Source of the DNA: a virus
Reading direction: 5' to 3' (one strand)
Virus genome (UHGV): UHGV-0076294
Length of the DNA: 64,000 nt
Below the pieces are notes generated by a model that was given only the letters and a program-made list of their open reading frames with translations, ran no database searches and had not been told where the DNA came from. Every line of letters begins with the position of its first letter. Position 1 is the stretch's first letter. A program made the position numbers and the translations under genes. Positions 1 through 8,695 of the stretch are shown piece after piece.

Positions 1-303
1 AAAATCTTTCATGAATCTGAACACGTTGGATTTCGTATCTATTTAACGCACAAGAGGCCATTTACCGTGATTCATCTTGTTACCGTACCCGAAGGCTCGG
101 CAGTCGTACGTGAACTTCCTGACGCACGTGACCGTAGTCCTAATGAGCCACTTTACTTAATGTCAGGAACAAAATCAGAATCTTTGATGTCCCGTTACAG
201 CATGGTTGATGTTGTTGATACTGCTATGAAATTAGGTTGGAAAGAAGTACAACAGCACGGCAAACAATTGCTGTTTATCGCAGATGTAAATCTCAATAAC
301 TAA
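1..303 (+). CDS. hypothetical protein, probably 5'-truncated at window edge
   Basis: Frame is open from position 1 to the stop at 301-303; first in-frame start (GTG) at 67. Likely the 3' end of a gene beginning upstream. Confidence 0.4.
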   Translation, partial: KIFHESEHVGFRIYLTHKRPFTVIHLVTVPEGSAVVRELPDARDRSPNEPLYLMSGTKSESLMSRYSMVDVVDTAMKLGWKEVQQHGKQLLFIADVNLNN

Positions 304-315
304 AGAGGTGGTACC

Positions 316-894
316 GTGTACCGATTAATAGAAATGAGAAAAGACGTTTGGTTGGAAAACCTCGTCGACGGGGAGCTTGAGGGAATAGAGCTTTCCTTAC
401 CAGAGAGAGCGGACACGGTATTGGCCTTTCTGGTAAAACAGGCAGACCGTGAGCCGGTAGGAATCTTCAGCGTGGACTATAAAGACCCGCGAGGGATTCA
501 TTTACGGAACATTTGCAGTGGTTTGGAAAACTTACCGGCTAATCCGTTCTTAAACTACGCAAAACGTAAACTCCGACCGGGACAACACCTCTGGGTAACG
601 TTAGCGCCTGACATTAGAATCATGCGTGACGATTACTCGGCGTTTGTACAGGCAACGAAAGTCAGTCTGTATAACCCGAACGCAGAGCGTACCGATATGC
701 CGTTTATAATTACCTTAGAAGACGATGGAACGCAAGAAGGTATTGAGGCAATTACGGAATTAGTAAACTCTTATCCGGTTGCCACTATCGAGTTAGAAAA
801 CCCAAGTCGTTTACAACTGGGTGACCTGCTCGAATGGATTGAACTGAATACAGAATTCTTAATCAATTCTCGTCAGTATCGATTCGACGTTTAA
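316..894 (+). CDS. hypothetical protein
   Basis: 192-aa ORF, GTG start 5 nt after GAGGTGG RBS; followed by intrinsic terminator. Confidence 0.6.
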   Translation: MYRLIEMRKDVWLENLVDGELEGIELSLPERADTVLAFLVKQADREPVGIFSVDYKDPRGIHLRNICSGLENLPANPFLNYAKRKLRPGQHLWVTLAPDIRIMRDDYSAFVQATKVSLYNPNAERTDMPFIITLEDDGTQEGIEAITELVNSYPVATIELENPSRLQLGDLLEWIELNTEFLINSRQYRFDV

Positions 895-898
895 CAAC

Positions 899-929
899 GG
901 TGGGGTGTAAACCCCACCTTTTATTTTTT
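899..929 (+). terminator. intrinsic terminator
   Basis: Hairpin GGTGGGG-tgtaaa-CCCCACC followed by TTTTATTTTTT. Confidence 0.65.
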
Positions 930-951
930 GTTCTCTAACATTAAAAATAAT

Positions 952-976
952 CTCAGATATATATTACTTAGGTGAG
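952..976 (+). promoter_or_regulatory. phage promoter-like motif CTCAGATATATATTACTTAGGTGAG
   Basis: Intergenic, 48 nt upstream of ATG 1024; near-identical copy at 58177-58201 and related copies at 18684, 27784, 9216. Confidence 0.45.
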
Positions 977-1023
977 AGTTAAGATTAACTCTTTTACTTG
1001 TTAACCCCACGAGGAGAAAAACA

Positions 1024-1485
1024 ATGAAAATCTTCACTTCCTTTTTAATCGGCCTTCTCGCAATCGGATTCAATACTGCACACGCTGCAATCAATAGTTG
1101 GGAACAACTACAGAACCCAGGTCAAGCTGTTTACGAAATCGAAGACACCACCGGAAACGGACTGTCTATCAACTGTGACACTGAAACCGCGAATCGCAAA
1201 TTTTACGGTCGCATGGTTTGGTATTACGGGGAACCTGTAGGTGCAACTAACGCTGAAGACAACACGCTGGATATTGTCGTAAATGGCAAAACTTACAACA
1301 TCCCTACCGTGGATGGTAGTGACAAAGCAGAACTCGCTTGGGTGGCTTTCGTTAATGCTATCGGCAATGCCAAAACTTTCAGTGTGAATATCAACGGAAA
1401 CGAAGCCGCTAACTTTACCGTAGAAGGCGAACGTCTGTCTGAAACTTTCTTCCAGAACTGTGGACACACCCGTCCTAACAAATAA
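1024..1485 (+). CDS. small secreted protein (signal peptide), unknown function
   Basis: N-terminal MKIFTSFLIGLLAIGFNTAHA signal-peptide-like; GAGGAG RBS; 2 Cys in mature part. Confidence 0.7.
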   Translation: MKIFTSFLIGLLAIGFNTAHAAINSWEQLQNPGQAVYEIEDTTGNGLSINCDTETANRKFYGRMVWYYGEPVGATNAEDNTLDIVVNGKTYNIPTVDGSDKAELAWVAFVNAIGNAKTFSVNINGNEAANFTVEGERLSETFFQNCGHTRPNK

Positions 1486-1506
1486 GTATTAATCTTTTTA
1501 GAGTGC

Positions 1507-1899
1507 GTGAAAATGAATATCAGAACTATACTTTATACCATCATTATTTTCTGTGCAGTCGGTATTACTGCCACTTATGCTTTCGGTGATTCGGATGTCC
1601 GCTATTACGAACCGGCTCCTGACTCACCGATTATCAACCCGGATGAGTCGCCTACGTTAATGCGCAGTTTCGGTAAACTGCAAGTTTATCGTTTAGTGCG
1701 TGGTGAATCGTGTACCGGATTACTCATTGCTGACACCCGTGCACAAGTCTACCAACGTCTGACGGATATCGCCTGCGAACAACCAAAAGTCATGTCGGTC
1801 AGTATTCATCCGTTAGAGGTCGGTAACTATACTGCTGTGGACTTCTTCCATAATGCAGAACTGATTGGTCGTATTACTTTAAATCGTAGCGCTGAATAA
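1507..1899 (+). CDS. small secreted or membrane-anchored protein
   Basis: Hydrophobic N-terminus ILYTIIIFCAVGITATYAFG; 130 aa; tightly spaced after previous gene. Confidence 0.65.
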   Translation: MKMNIRTILYTIIIFCAVGITATYAFGDSDVRYYEPAPDSPIINPDESPTLMRSFGKLQVYRLVRGESCTGLLIADTRAQVYQRLTDIACEQPKVMSVSIHPLEVGNYTAVDFFHNAELIGRITLNRSAE

Positions 1900-1917
1900 T
1901 TTAATGGAGAAATTACA

Positions 1918-2400
1918 ATGAAACGTTTACACACCCTGATGCTCTTCGTGGCTATTCTGTTCACGGGCTTTAACTTTAACGCAGAAGCGGCTAGTGTAAA
2001 ACAAGCACTTAGTTGTAACCCGGAAGCCTGGGCTGAACAACCCGGTGCGTGTCCTGATATCAATACGCTCTATACCGACGACGCTACTTATAAAGCCGCG
2101 ATCGATAAAGCGTTGAAACCGGTCGGACTGGACGGATTATTCGGTAAAGATGGTGTAATGAATGGTCCTGGCGGCGATGTTATTCCCGTGCAAATCAACG
2201 GCAAAATCTGGCTTGAAGCTACTGGTTGTAAAAGCAATGCTTGTGGTTGGGAATACATCACGACGCTTTATAACCCGCAGACCCATGTCGTGGTAGGTTA
2301 CTATTACAACGTCGACCCAGGTTACCTGGTTTGGTTTGGCGATATCGGCGTTAATGAATTCGCCTATCTGGTTAAGAAATACGTAGCTACGGTTAATTAA
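1918..2400 (+). CDS. small secreted cysteine-containing protein
   Basis: Signal peptide MKRLHTLMLFVAILFTGFNFNAEA; 4 Cys in mature region; RBS GGAGAAA. Confidence 0.7.
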   Translation: MKRLHTLMLFVAILFTGFNFNAEAASVKQALSCNPEAWAEQPGACPDINTLYTDDATYKAAIDKALKPVGLDGLFGKDGVMNGPGGDVIPVQINGKIWLEATGCKSNACGWEYITTLYNPQTHVVVGYYYNVDPGYLVWFGDIGVNEFAYLVKKYVATVN

Positions 2401-2415
2401 TTTAAGGAGTCTGTC

Positions 2416-2826
2416 ATGAAAACGTTTATCAAAACTTTACTCGTTGCTGTAACTGTTCTGTTCTCTCTTAACGTAGCAGCAAAAACAGTAAAACTACCGG
2501 CGGGTATCAAATACGTCAACAGTACCGATGAATTCTACTGCACAGAAATCGACGGTCTGTATTGCCAGACAAAGAATTTGTTTGAATACAAAGGTAACAG
2601 ATATGTTTTCGTTGTTGAGCAAGGTGGTGCCTGGTGCTACGACAGCCCTATGTCGGTACTCAACCTGGAAACTTGGAAAGCACAGAAAATTGAATACAAA
2701 GACAACCAATTGTGTTCAGGCGAAAACAAACCGTTCTTCAAAATCAAAAATGGTGTCCCGACTGTAGGTATTATCGACACCTCTGGAGCACCAATCGTTG
2801 TAGCTCAGGACAAACTTAAAATCTAA
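2416..2826 (+). CDS. small secreted cysteine-containing protein (paralogue of 2837-3226)
   Basis: Signal peptide; shared pattern C-x6-CQ...GNRYVFVVEQGGAWC with the next gene; RBS AAGGAG. Confidence 0.7.
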   Translation: MKTFIKTLLVAVTVLFSLNVAAKTVKLPAGIKYVNSTDEFYCTEIDGLYCQTKNLFEYKGNRYVFVVEQGGAWCYDSPMSVLNLETWKAQKIEYKDNQLCSGENKPFFKIKNGVPTVGIIDTSGAPIVVAQDKLKI

Positions 2827-2836
2827 GGAGTAAACC

Positions 2837-3226
2837 ATGCGTCTTATCTGCGCTTTGTTGGCGTTTTTCTCAATCGGAGTTATGGCTTCTACACACATCG
2901 ACGATTTATTACTTACCCCGGCAACGAACACAGACTATCACTACAACCCACCGGGTTTTGAAGTCTGCGAAGGCGATGCAGGCGAATGCCAAGAAGTTGG
3001 CGCAGATGGACGCTATATACTCGTAAAAGCAGACGGAGGAACAACCTGCCCTGCGGGTTATTATTTCGTACTTGACTCTGTAGCAAAAGAGGTACTTCCT
3101 GTAACGACCAAAACGTGTGACCCCACAGTTGTACTAACGCTTGCGAAAAGCAAATCACGTGACCGTCACTTTATTGTCATCGAAGAACGCGGTGAGATGT
3201 TAGGTGCTATCGAATTAGATTACTGA
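2837..3226 (+). CDS. small secreted cysteine-containing protein (paralogue of 2416-2826)
   Basis: Signal peptide MRLICALLAFFSIGVMAS; CEGDAGECQ...DGRYILVKADGGTTC matches previous gene; RBS AAGGAG. Confidence 0.7.
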   Translation: MRLICALLAFFSIGVMASTHIDDLLLTPATNTDYHYNPPGFEVCEGDAGECQEVGADGRYILVKADGGTTCPAGYYFVLDSVAKEVLPVTTKTCDPTVVLTLAKSKSRDRHFIVIEERGEMLGAIELDY

Positions 3227-3237
3227 TGTGTAGTCTT

Positions 3238-3277
3238 GACCCCGGCACGTGCCGATTCGTCCGGGGTCCTTTTTACG
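3238..3277 (+). terminator. intrinsic terminator
   Basis: GACCCCGG / CCGGGGTC stem with 15-nt loop, then CTTTTTACG. Confidence 0.55.
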
Positions 3278-3305
3278 ACCTGTTTTACCTAAAGGAGAAT
3301 TAAAA

Positions 3306-3782
3306 ATGCGTTTATCTAATGTTTATCAAGCGGCCCAATTCCATCACGAGCTGACGGCTAAGCCTGAATATATTCGCCACAACTTAACGGTGGCTTGGAA
3401 ACTGCTATTGATTGCTGATGCTGCACGACACAACGACCAGGAAACTATTATCAAAACCGTGCGTACTTTACGCCCTATTGACCTGGAAACAATTTGGTCG
3501 TTTGACTTAACTCGAATTTATCATCGTCGCTTTAATGCGGCGGTGGATGCGATACGTCCTTATTTCCACTATTTGCAAGCAACATCAGACTGTGGTCCAT
3601 CCTTAGAGTGGGTCTTGGTACAAAGCGTATGGAGCGATTACATTTATCTCCTATCTTTAGAGACGGGTGAATGCATTATCGCTAACGAGGTATTCTCAAC
3701 CAACGCCGAAATGTATCGTTCCCACGCTACTATCCAGGGTGTCTCACAGCCTATCTTATCACTCACGCACTTAGGGCTGTGA
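3306..3782 (+). CDS. hypothetical protein
   Basis: ORF track starts at 3249 but ATG 3306 follows AAAGGAGAA RBS and lies downstream of the terminator; 158 aa. Confidence 0.6.
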   Translation: MRLSNVYQAAQFHHELTAKPEYIRHNLTVAWKLLLIADAARHNDQETIIKTVRTLRPIDLETIWSFDLTRIYHRRFNAAVDAIRPYFHYLQATSDCGPSLEWVLVQSVWSDYIYLLSLETGECIIANEVFSTNAEMYRSHATIQGVSQPILSLTHLGL

Positions 3783-3787
3783 TTAGC

Positions 3788-3820
3788 CCGGCCCCGCTGT
3801 GTACGGGGCTTCTTTTTTGC
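3788..3820 (+). terminator. intrinsic terminator
   Basis: GCCCCG-ctgtgta-CGGGGC hairpin followed by TTCTTTTTTG. Confidence 0.6.
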
Positions 3821-3836
3821 CAAAGGAAACTGAAAC

Positions 3837-4445
3837 ATGAACGAAATTACTTTGGTTCGTTTTATCGAAGCGATGCGACTAAACGAAGCTAATCCTCACT
3901 CTCCGTTATTTATCGATTTAATGGAGGAAGAAGTCGAAGGGTTCTTAGCGTACCCGCGTTTGAAAGCGTATTTCGAACGTAAAACACCAACCGCTTACGA
4001 AAAGCTGATGTACGCGTTAGATAACCGTACTACGCTAAATAATACGCCGTTTAAAGCGCTGGAAGCAATAGACCCTACCGGGGGTGCAGGTATCCCACAA
4101 CGTGTTGTGTTCTACTACATCGACAACGGTCGTATTAAGGCCGACGTTGTAAATTGGATCTCTGAAGGGGAAATTCCAGAAACGCGTACTTTTAACCTCT
4201 GCCCGGTAGAAGAAGGTTGGGTCGCAGGAACACATTATTCCTATCCGTATCAAAGCATCAAATCACCTTATCTGTACCCGGTGTATTTGGATGACGTTAC
4301 GCCAGGCAAATGTGTTCCCGTTACCAATCTGATTTGTTTACTGACGATGGAAGTTGTTGCGTCTGACGCAGGCCAGGCTTGGGTTGAGCAATCGAAAAAT
4401 ATCCAAAACTGGCAGGGGATGGGTTACAAACTCTACCAGCCGTAA
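3837..4445 (+). CDS. hypothetical protein
   Basis: 202-aa ORF with AAAGGAAA RBS, bounded by terminators on both sides. Confidence 0.6.
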   Translation: MNEITLVRFIEAMRLNEANPHSPLFIDLMEEEVEGFLAYPRLKAYFERKTPTAYEKLMYALDNRTTLNNTPFKALEAIDPTGGAGIPQRVVFYYIDNGRIKADVVNWISEGEIPETRTFNLCPVEEGWVAGTHYSYPYQSIKSPYLYPVYLDDVTPGKCVPVTNLICLLTMEVVASDAGQAWVEQSKNIQNWQGMGYKLYQP

Positions 4446-4451
4446 TACCAC

Positions 4452-4495
4452 GAGAGAACCTTCGGGTTCTCTCCCTTCTCTTTTATTTTTTTCTT
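4452..4495 (+). terminator. intrinsic terminator
   Basis: GAGAGAACC-ttcg-GGTTCTCTC hairpin followed by long T-rich run. Confidence 0.7.
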
Positions 4496-4528
4496 TTTAC
4501 ACCACGCTCCGTGAATATGGAGGTGGAC

Positions 4529-7033
4529 ATGTTAAAAGTTGAACGTATTGTACTTAAAGGGTTTACCGGAATGGGATTACACGAAATCGAAACCTTCGAT
4601 TTTACTATCCATTCCCCAACCACCATTATCCTCGGTGGTAACGGCTGCGGTAAGACCAGCTTACTGTCCGTGTTTCTACCTATCGCACCTTCGAAATCCG
4701 AATTCCGTGACGGGGGTTCTTACACCAACATCTGTTTGGTTAACGACCATCGTTACAAATTTAAGGTTGCACGTAAAGGCAACTCACTGGTTTGCGATAT
4801 CGAGAACCTGACGACGGGCACCAAAATCGTCGAACAAGGTAATGCGAAAGTGTATAACTCTCGTGTAGAAGAAATCACGGGCATTACAAAAGAGATTAAA
4901 GAGTTACTGAACGGAGAAGTGCTTTTAACGGATGCAGGAACGGAACTGCGTCGTAAGTGGTTCTACCGTTTAAGTACGTCAGACTTAACTTACGCGTTAG
5001 GTTTTTATCAACGTTTACGAAAAAACCTGACGATGTTAAACGGCGGTATTGAAATCACCAGCCGCAAGATTGCAGAGTTGCGTACCCGCGTGATTGATAA
5101 CGAGGAAGAACGTCAGCAGTTAGCAACACGGTTAAAAGCATTAGAAGTGGATTTACGTGAAGTCAACAAACAGATTGAACAACTGCCTGGTCTGAATCGC
5201 GACGTTACGGTGGCAACGATTCAATCGCTATTGCTTAAAATCGAAGCACCGATTAATGCTATCTTGGAACACCGTGGCGGATTACCTACGGAAGAACGGG
5301 TAGAGGAAGCACGACGCGTTGAAGCCACTGCCCGTGAAGCGGTGGTCTCTGCTGAAACAGAACTGTCCATGCTAAACAAAGATTTGTCTTTGTTGATGGA
5401 CGAGTCTACCCGCCAAGATTACCTGATGCGGAATCACGAAGGGTTAAAGAACACGGTTGCAAAACTGCGTGAGTTATTAAAGCAGTGGGACACCGAACAT
5501 CTTTTCCCTGAACTGTTTGCGGAGACCGTTAACATCGACCAGCTTAAAGCAGCGACGGATGCGCGTGTCTGGGGACAACGTTTAGGAACAACGCTGGACG
5601 CCATTAAATCGACAGAACGGTTGAACGTACTGGAAGAGAAACTGTTGACCTTAGACCAAAACTCATCTGGGTTGCGTGACCGACTACAACGCGTTGAAAA
5701 CGTATTGCAGAACCTCAACCACGAACGGAATCACTATTTGGAAACCGCCGAGGTTGATTGTCCGCAGTGTCAATTTAAATTCCGTCCGGGCGTGCGTCGT
5801 TCTTTGCCTGAATTGGAAGAAGCCATTCGTGGACAAATGGAGCAACGTAATACGTTACAGACTCAGCTTGATTCCGTATTGCGAGACCGTACGGAATTAG
5901 AGTCGGACGTTAATTACATGCGTCAAGTACGAGAAATCGTTTTAACATACTCGAAAGACCCGGTATTGAGTTTGTTCTTTAAACGTCTCCAGGAGCGGAA
6001 TGTCTTTACGGATAACCGCAGTCAATTCGGCAGTTTGTGTGCAGAGTTCGATCGTGAACTTTATTCCGCAATTGAATACCACGAAACGAAACACCGTTTT
6101 GCTAAAGCGGAAAAAGAGTGGGCAAACGCAGTTGCAGCGGTAGGTAACGTTGACGGTGCACTACAGCAGAAAATTGCCTTCCAGCAGGAGCGTTTGGGTA
6201 AGGCGACAGAAACGCTCTCAGAGCGCCGTAGAGAGCACGCAGTTGCTAATGATACCTTTTGTTATCTAAACGAACTTAAAGCCACTGTAGACAATTTTAA
6301 TGCGGTTTTTGAGCGTTTAGAGAACGATGTTAAGGTAACATTAACCAATACGGTGGTCGAAACGTTATTAAACGCCCGAGAAAACAAGTTGGATGCGTTC
6401 ACCACAGCACGGGAACGGTACCGTCAGATGGAAAACGAGCTCAACCAACTTACTGCGTTAGAAAAGGAGTTATCGGATTTACAGGCACAGCAATTCAATA
6501 ACAAACTGATGATTCAAGCGTTCTCGCCCGAGAAAGGGGTATTACGCAAATACTTCTACAACGCTATCGTGAGAATCACAGAATTAATGACGCGCTATAT
6601 CGAACAAGTCTGGACCTACCCTATGCGGGTCATGCCGTGTGACTTAACCGATGGTGACTTAGACTACACGTTCCCAGTGCAGTTAAAAACCCATCCTGAA
6701 CCGGTACCTGACGTGCGGAAAGGGTCGAAAGCACAGCGAGCCATCTTTAATTTGATGTTTCGTTTAACCGCTTACAAAGCCCTGAAACTTCATCAGTATC
6801 CGCTACTGTTGGATGAACCGTCAGAAGGGATGGATGAGGAACACCGAAATAACCTCGTCGGGTTTATTAAAACCCTGGCGAATTCCGGTGAGTTCTCTCA
6901 GTTACTGGTGGTATCTCACGAAGCAGAAATTCATTCAAAACTTAACGAAGCCGCATACTGTGTTATTGAACCTGAAGGCGTAACACTGCCTGCGGTATAC
7001 AACGAGGGAGTAAAAATTGTCTACGCAAACTGA
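4529..7033 (+). CDS. Rad50/SbcC-like recombination ATPase (T4 gp46-like)
   Basis: Walker A GGNGCGKTS, long coiled-coil middle with CPQC zinc-hook-like motif, Walker B LLLDEPSEGMD and VVSHE H-loop near C-terminus. Start moved to ATG 4529 after GGAGGTGG RBS (ORF track 4511). Confidence 0.7.
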   Translation: MLKVERIVLKGFTGMGLHEIETFDFTIHSPTTIILGGNGCGKTSLLSVFLPIAPSKSEFRDGGSYTNICLVNDHRYKFKVARKGNSLVCDIENLTTGTKIVEQGNAKVYNSRVEEITGITKEIKELLNGEVLLTDAGTELRRKWFYRLSTSDLTYALGFYQRLRKNLTMLNGGIEITSRKIAELRTRVIDNEEERQQLATRLKALEVDLREVNKQIEQLPGLNRDVTVATIQSLLLKIEAPINAILEHRGGLPTEERVEEARRVEATAREAVVSAETELSMLNKDLSLLMDESTRQDYLMRNHEGLKNTVAKLRELLKQWDTEHLFPELFAETVNIDQLKAATDARVWGQRLGTTLDAIKSTERLNVLEEKLLTLDQNSSGLRDRLQRVENVLQNLNHERNHYLETAEVDCPQCQFKFRPGVRRSLPELEEAIRGQMEQRNTLQTQLDSVLRDRTELESDVNYMRQVREIVLTYSKDPVLSLFFKRLQERNVFTDNRSQFGSLCAEFDRELYSAIEYHETKHRFAKAEKEWANAVAAVGNVDGALQQKIAFQQERLGKATETLSERRREHAVANDTFCYLNELKATVDNFNAVFERLENDVKVTLTNTVVETLLNARENKLDAFTTARERYRQMENELNQLTALEKELSDLQAQQFNNKLMIQAFSPEKGVLRKYFYNAIVRITELMTRYIEQVWTYPMRVMPCDLTDGDLDYTFPVQLKTHPEPVPDVRKGSKAQRAIFNLMFRLTAYKALKLHQYPLLLDEPSEGMDEEHRNNLVGFIKTLANSGEFSQLLVVSHEAEIHSKLNEAAYCVIEPEGVTLPAVYNEGVKIVYAN

Positions 7034-7217
7034 TTGGTGGCGTCAGTTACTAAGCGTTTTAGGGTTTAGCGTCATGGTGCTGGTTGCCATTCTGTACGTG
7101 CTATTTTGTATAACGGCGATTTTATGGGTGGTCTTAGCGTACGCGATTAGGCTCACCTGGGGTTCAATTTGGCACCAACGCGAATGTGAGTGGCGGTGTG
7201 TTGGAGGGAAGTCATGA
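7017..7217 (+). CDS. small membrane protein (2 predicted TM helices)
   Basis: 66-aa ORF, TTG start 7 nt after GAGGGAG RBS; hydrophobic LLSVLGFSVMVLVAILYVLFCITAILWVVLAYAI. Confidence 0.4.
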   Translation: MSTQTDWWRQLLSVLGFSVMVLVAILYVLFCITAILWVVLAYAIRLTWGSIWHQRECEWRCVGGKS

Positions 7218-7324
7218 TTGAGGGTATTCTGTTAACACTTGGGTCGTTGTGGATTATTGGGAAATCCCTCAACTGGCTGATTAATAAGTACGGATGGGCT
7301 TTCAAAGGCTCTACGCACAGTTAA
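7214..7324 (+). CDS. micro membrane peptide (36 aa)
   Basis: Not in ORF track (<60 aa). ATG after GGAGGGAAG RBS; translation MIEGILLTLGSLWIIGKSLNWLINKYGWAFKGSTHS, one TM helix. Confidence 0.35.
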   Translation: MIEGILLTLGSLWIIGKSLNWLINKYGWAFKGSTHS

Positions 7325-7374
7325 GTTAGGACCCCCTCCTGGGTAACTGGGAGGGTGTTTTACGAGGGAAAACC

Positions 7375-7503
7375 ATGACTGTTGTCAATACTACCAATGC
7401 TGCAATTGGCGCTTTATACAACGCGGAACTAACATGGGGTGCGGGTTTTATTACCGTACTACTTCTTGCCGCAGCCGCTTTTATCATTGGACGTTGGTTT
7501 TAA
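7375..7503 (+). CDS. micro membrane peptide (42 aa)
   Basis: Not in ORF track. ATG after GAGGGAAAA RBS; translation MTVVNTTNAAIGALYNAELTWGAGFITVLLLAAAAFIIGRWF, one TM helix. Confidence 0.35.
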   Translation: MTVVNTTNAAIGALYNAELTWGAGFITVLLLAAAAFIIGRWF

Positions 7504-7535
7504 TTTCATCTTTTTGCGTCTGTAAGGTCTGATAA

Positions 7536-7979
7536 ATGGAAATTTATTTGTTGAACGCACTTTCTAAAATCGGTGAAGAACAAGCGAAAGATTTACTCGC
7601 ACTTCATTACCGTTACTTAGATCATCAAGCAACGATGCTGAAAATCAAAACCGCTGTACCGAAATTAAACGTGCGTCAACTGATCGAAGGCAACTGTGTT
7701 GTTCTGATTTATATCGACGATGTTGCGGCGGGTTATTGCAGTTACCGTAATCGCAACGGGGTACTCAAAATTCGTTCGCTATACGTGCTGCCCGATTACC
7801 GTCAGCGTGGGGTAATGAAAGAAATCTTCAAAGCGATAGCCGCTGATGAAGCATTCGGTGAAATTGCAATTGGGATGTACACGAAGTGCAAAGAAGCGAA
7901 AGAGTATTTCATTCGTCGTGGCTACAAAGCAACCTATTCTCACGATAAAGAATGGGTGGATTTCAGTAAAACTTTCTAA
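7536..7979 (+). CDS. GNAT-family N-acetyltransferase
   Basis: Core VLIYIDDVAAGYCSY...LKIRSLYVLPDYRQRGVMKEIF matches the GNAT acetyl-CoA binding motif (Q/R-x-x-G-x-G/A); 147 aa. Confidence 0.65.
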   Translation: MEIYLLNALSKIGEEQAKDLLALHYRYLDHQATMLKIKTAVPKLNVRQLIEGNCVVLIYIDDVAAGYCSYRNRNGVLKIRSLYVLPDYRQRGVMKEIFKAIAADEAFGEIAIGMYTKCKEAKEYFIRRGYKATYSHDKEWVDFSKTF

Positions 7980-8045
7980 AACAATAAAGGCTCTCTTGAC
8001 GTTCCTCACTATGAGTGTGAGAATTTTACGTCGGGAGAGCTACTT

Positions 8046-8282
8046 ATGTTAAACAGTTTCGGTGTAGGTGGAATGGATACAAGCATTTGCTGGAAAGAAT
8101 ACGAACGCGCAAAGGCATTTCTCCAGCATCCCAACGTGGGTAAGATCGGTCAGGTGTGCTTTGGTAAACCTGCACTGACAGCCTGTATTCAAGGTGCGTT
8201 AGGGACGCTGCCACCTGAATCACCTTTCGAGCCTAAGGAGAATCCAGATGTTACCAGGAACCCAAACCCCGTATCTATTTAG
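8046..8282 (+). CDS. hypothetical protein
   Basis: 78-aa ORF with GGGAGAG RBS; overlaps next gene by 35 nt. Confidence 0.35.
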   Translation: MLNSFGVGGMDTSICWKEYERAKAFLQHPNVGKIGQVCFGKPALTACIQGALGTLPPESPFEPKENPDVTRNPNPVSI

Positions 8283-8622
8283 TGAACCACTGGATAACAG
8301 CGACATCTTACAAATCTGCTATCAGTGTCACGAAATCGGTGGTAGTGAACTTACGCGGGTTAATAAACTGCTGTGGCTGATTCCAGAAATCGAATTACCG
8401 TTTGTTAAGCCTAGCTTGTGGCGTCGTGGTGCGTGTCGCGAAGCGTATATGCTGTCAAAATTTAACATTAATCTGGAGAAGGTCTGGGAGAAGATGAACG
8501 ACACCCAAACCCGAGAACAGATTACTCACACGCTGGAATTGCACCTTGCCATGAAACGCCTCGGTCTCGAACACGAAGGACTGGAGTCCGTTATCAGTCA
8601 ATGGGTGAAAAGGAATCGTTAA
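8248..8622 (+). CDS. hypothetical protein
   Basis: 124-aa ORF; ATG preceded by AAGGAGAA RBS. Confidence 0.5.
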   Translation: MLPGTQTPYLFSEPLDNSDILQICYQCHEIGGSELTRVNKLLWLIPEIELPFVKPSLWRRGACREAYMLSKFNINLEKVWEKMNDTQTREQITHTLELHLAMKRLGLEHEGLESVISQWVKRNR

Positions 8623-8695
8623 TGTCTAAAACGTATATAGCGATTTTGGTTGAGTTGGCGATTGGTGGTACGCGGTTTATCCCTGTGCATCAATT

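Noticed and set aside
1108-1467. Antisense ORFs (1108-1467 and 1293-1481, minus strand) inside the secreted-protein gene 1024-1485
   Set aside because: Fully embedded in a better-supported plus-strand gene with signal peptide and RBS; no RBS of their own; typical shadow ORFs.
3837-4445. SbcD/Mre11 nuclease partner immediately upstream of the Rad50/SbcC-like gene
   Set aside because: The 202-aa protein lacks the phosphoesterase motifs (D-x-H, GDxxD, GNHE) expected for Mre11/SbcD; the partner, if present, is probably elsewhere in the genome.
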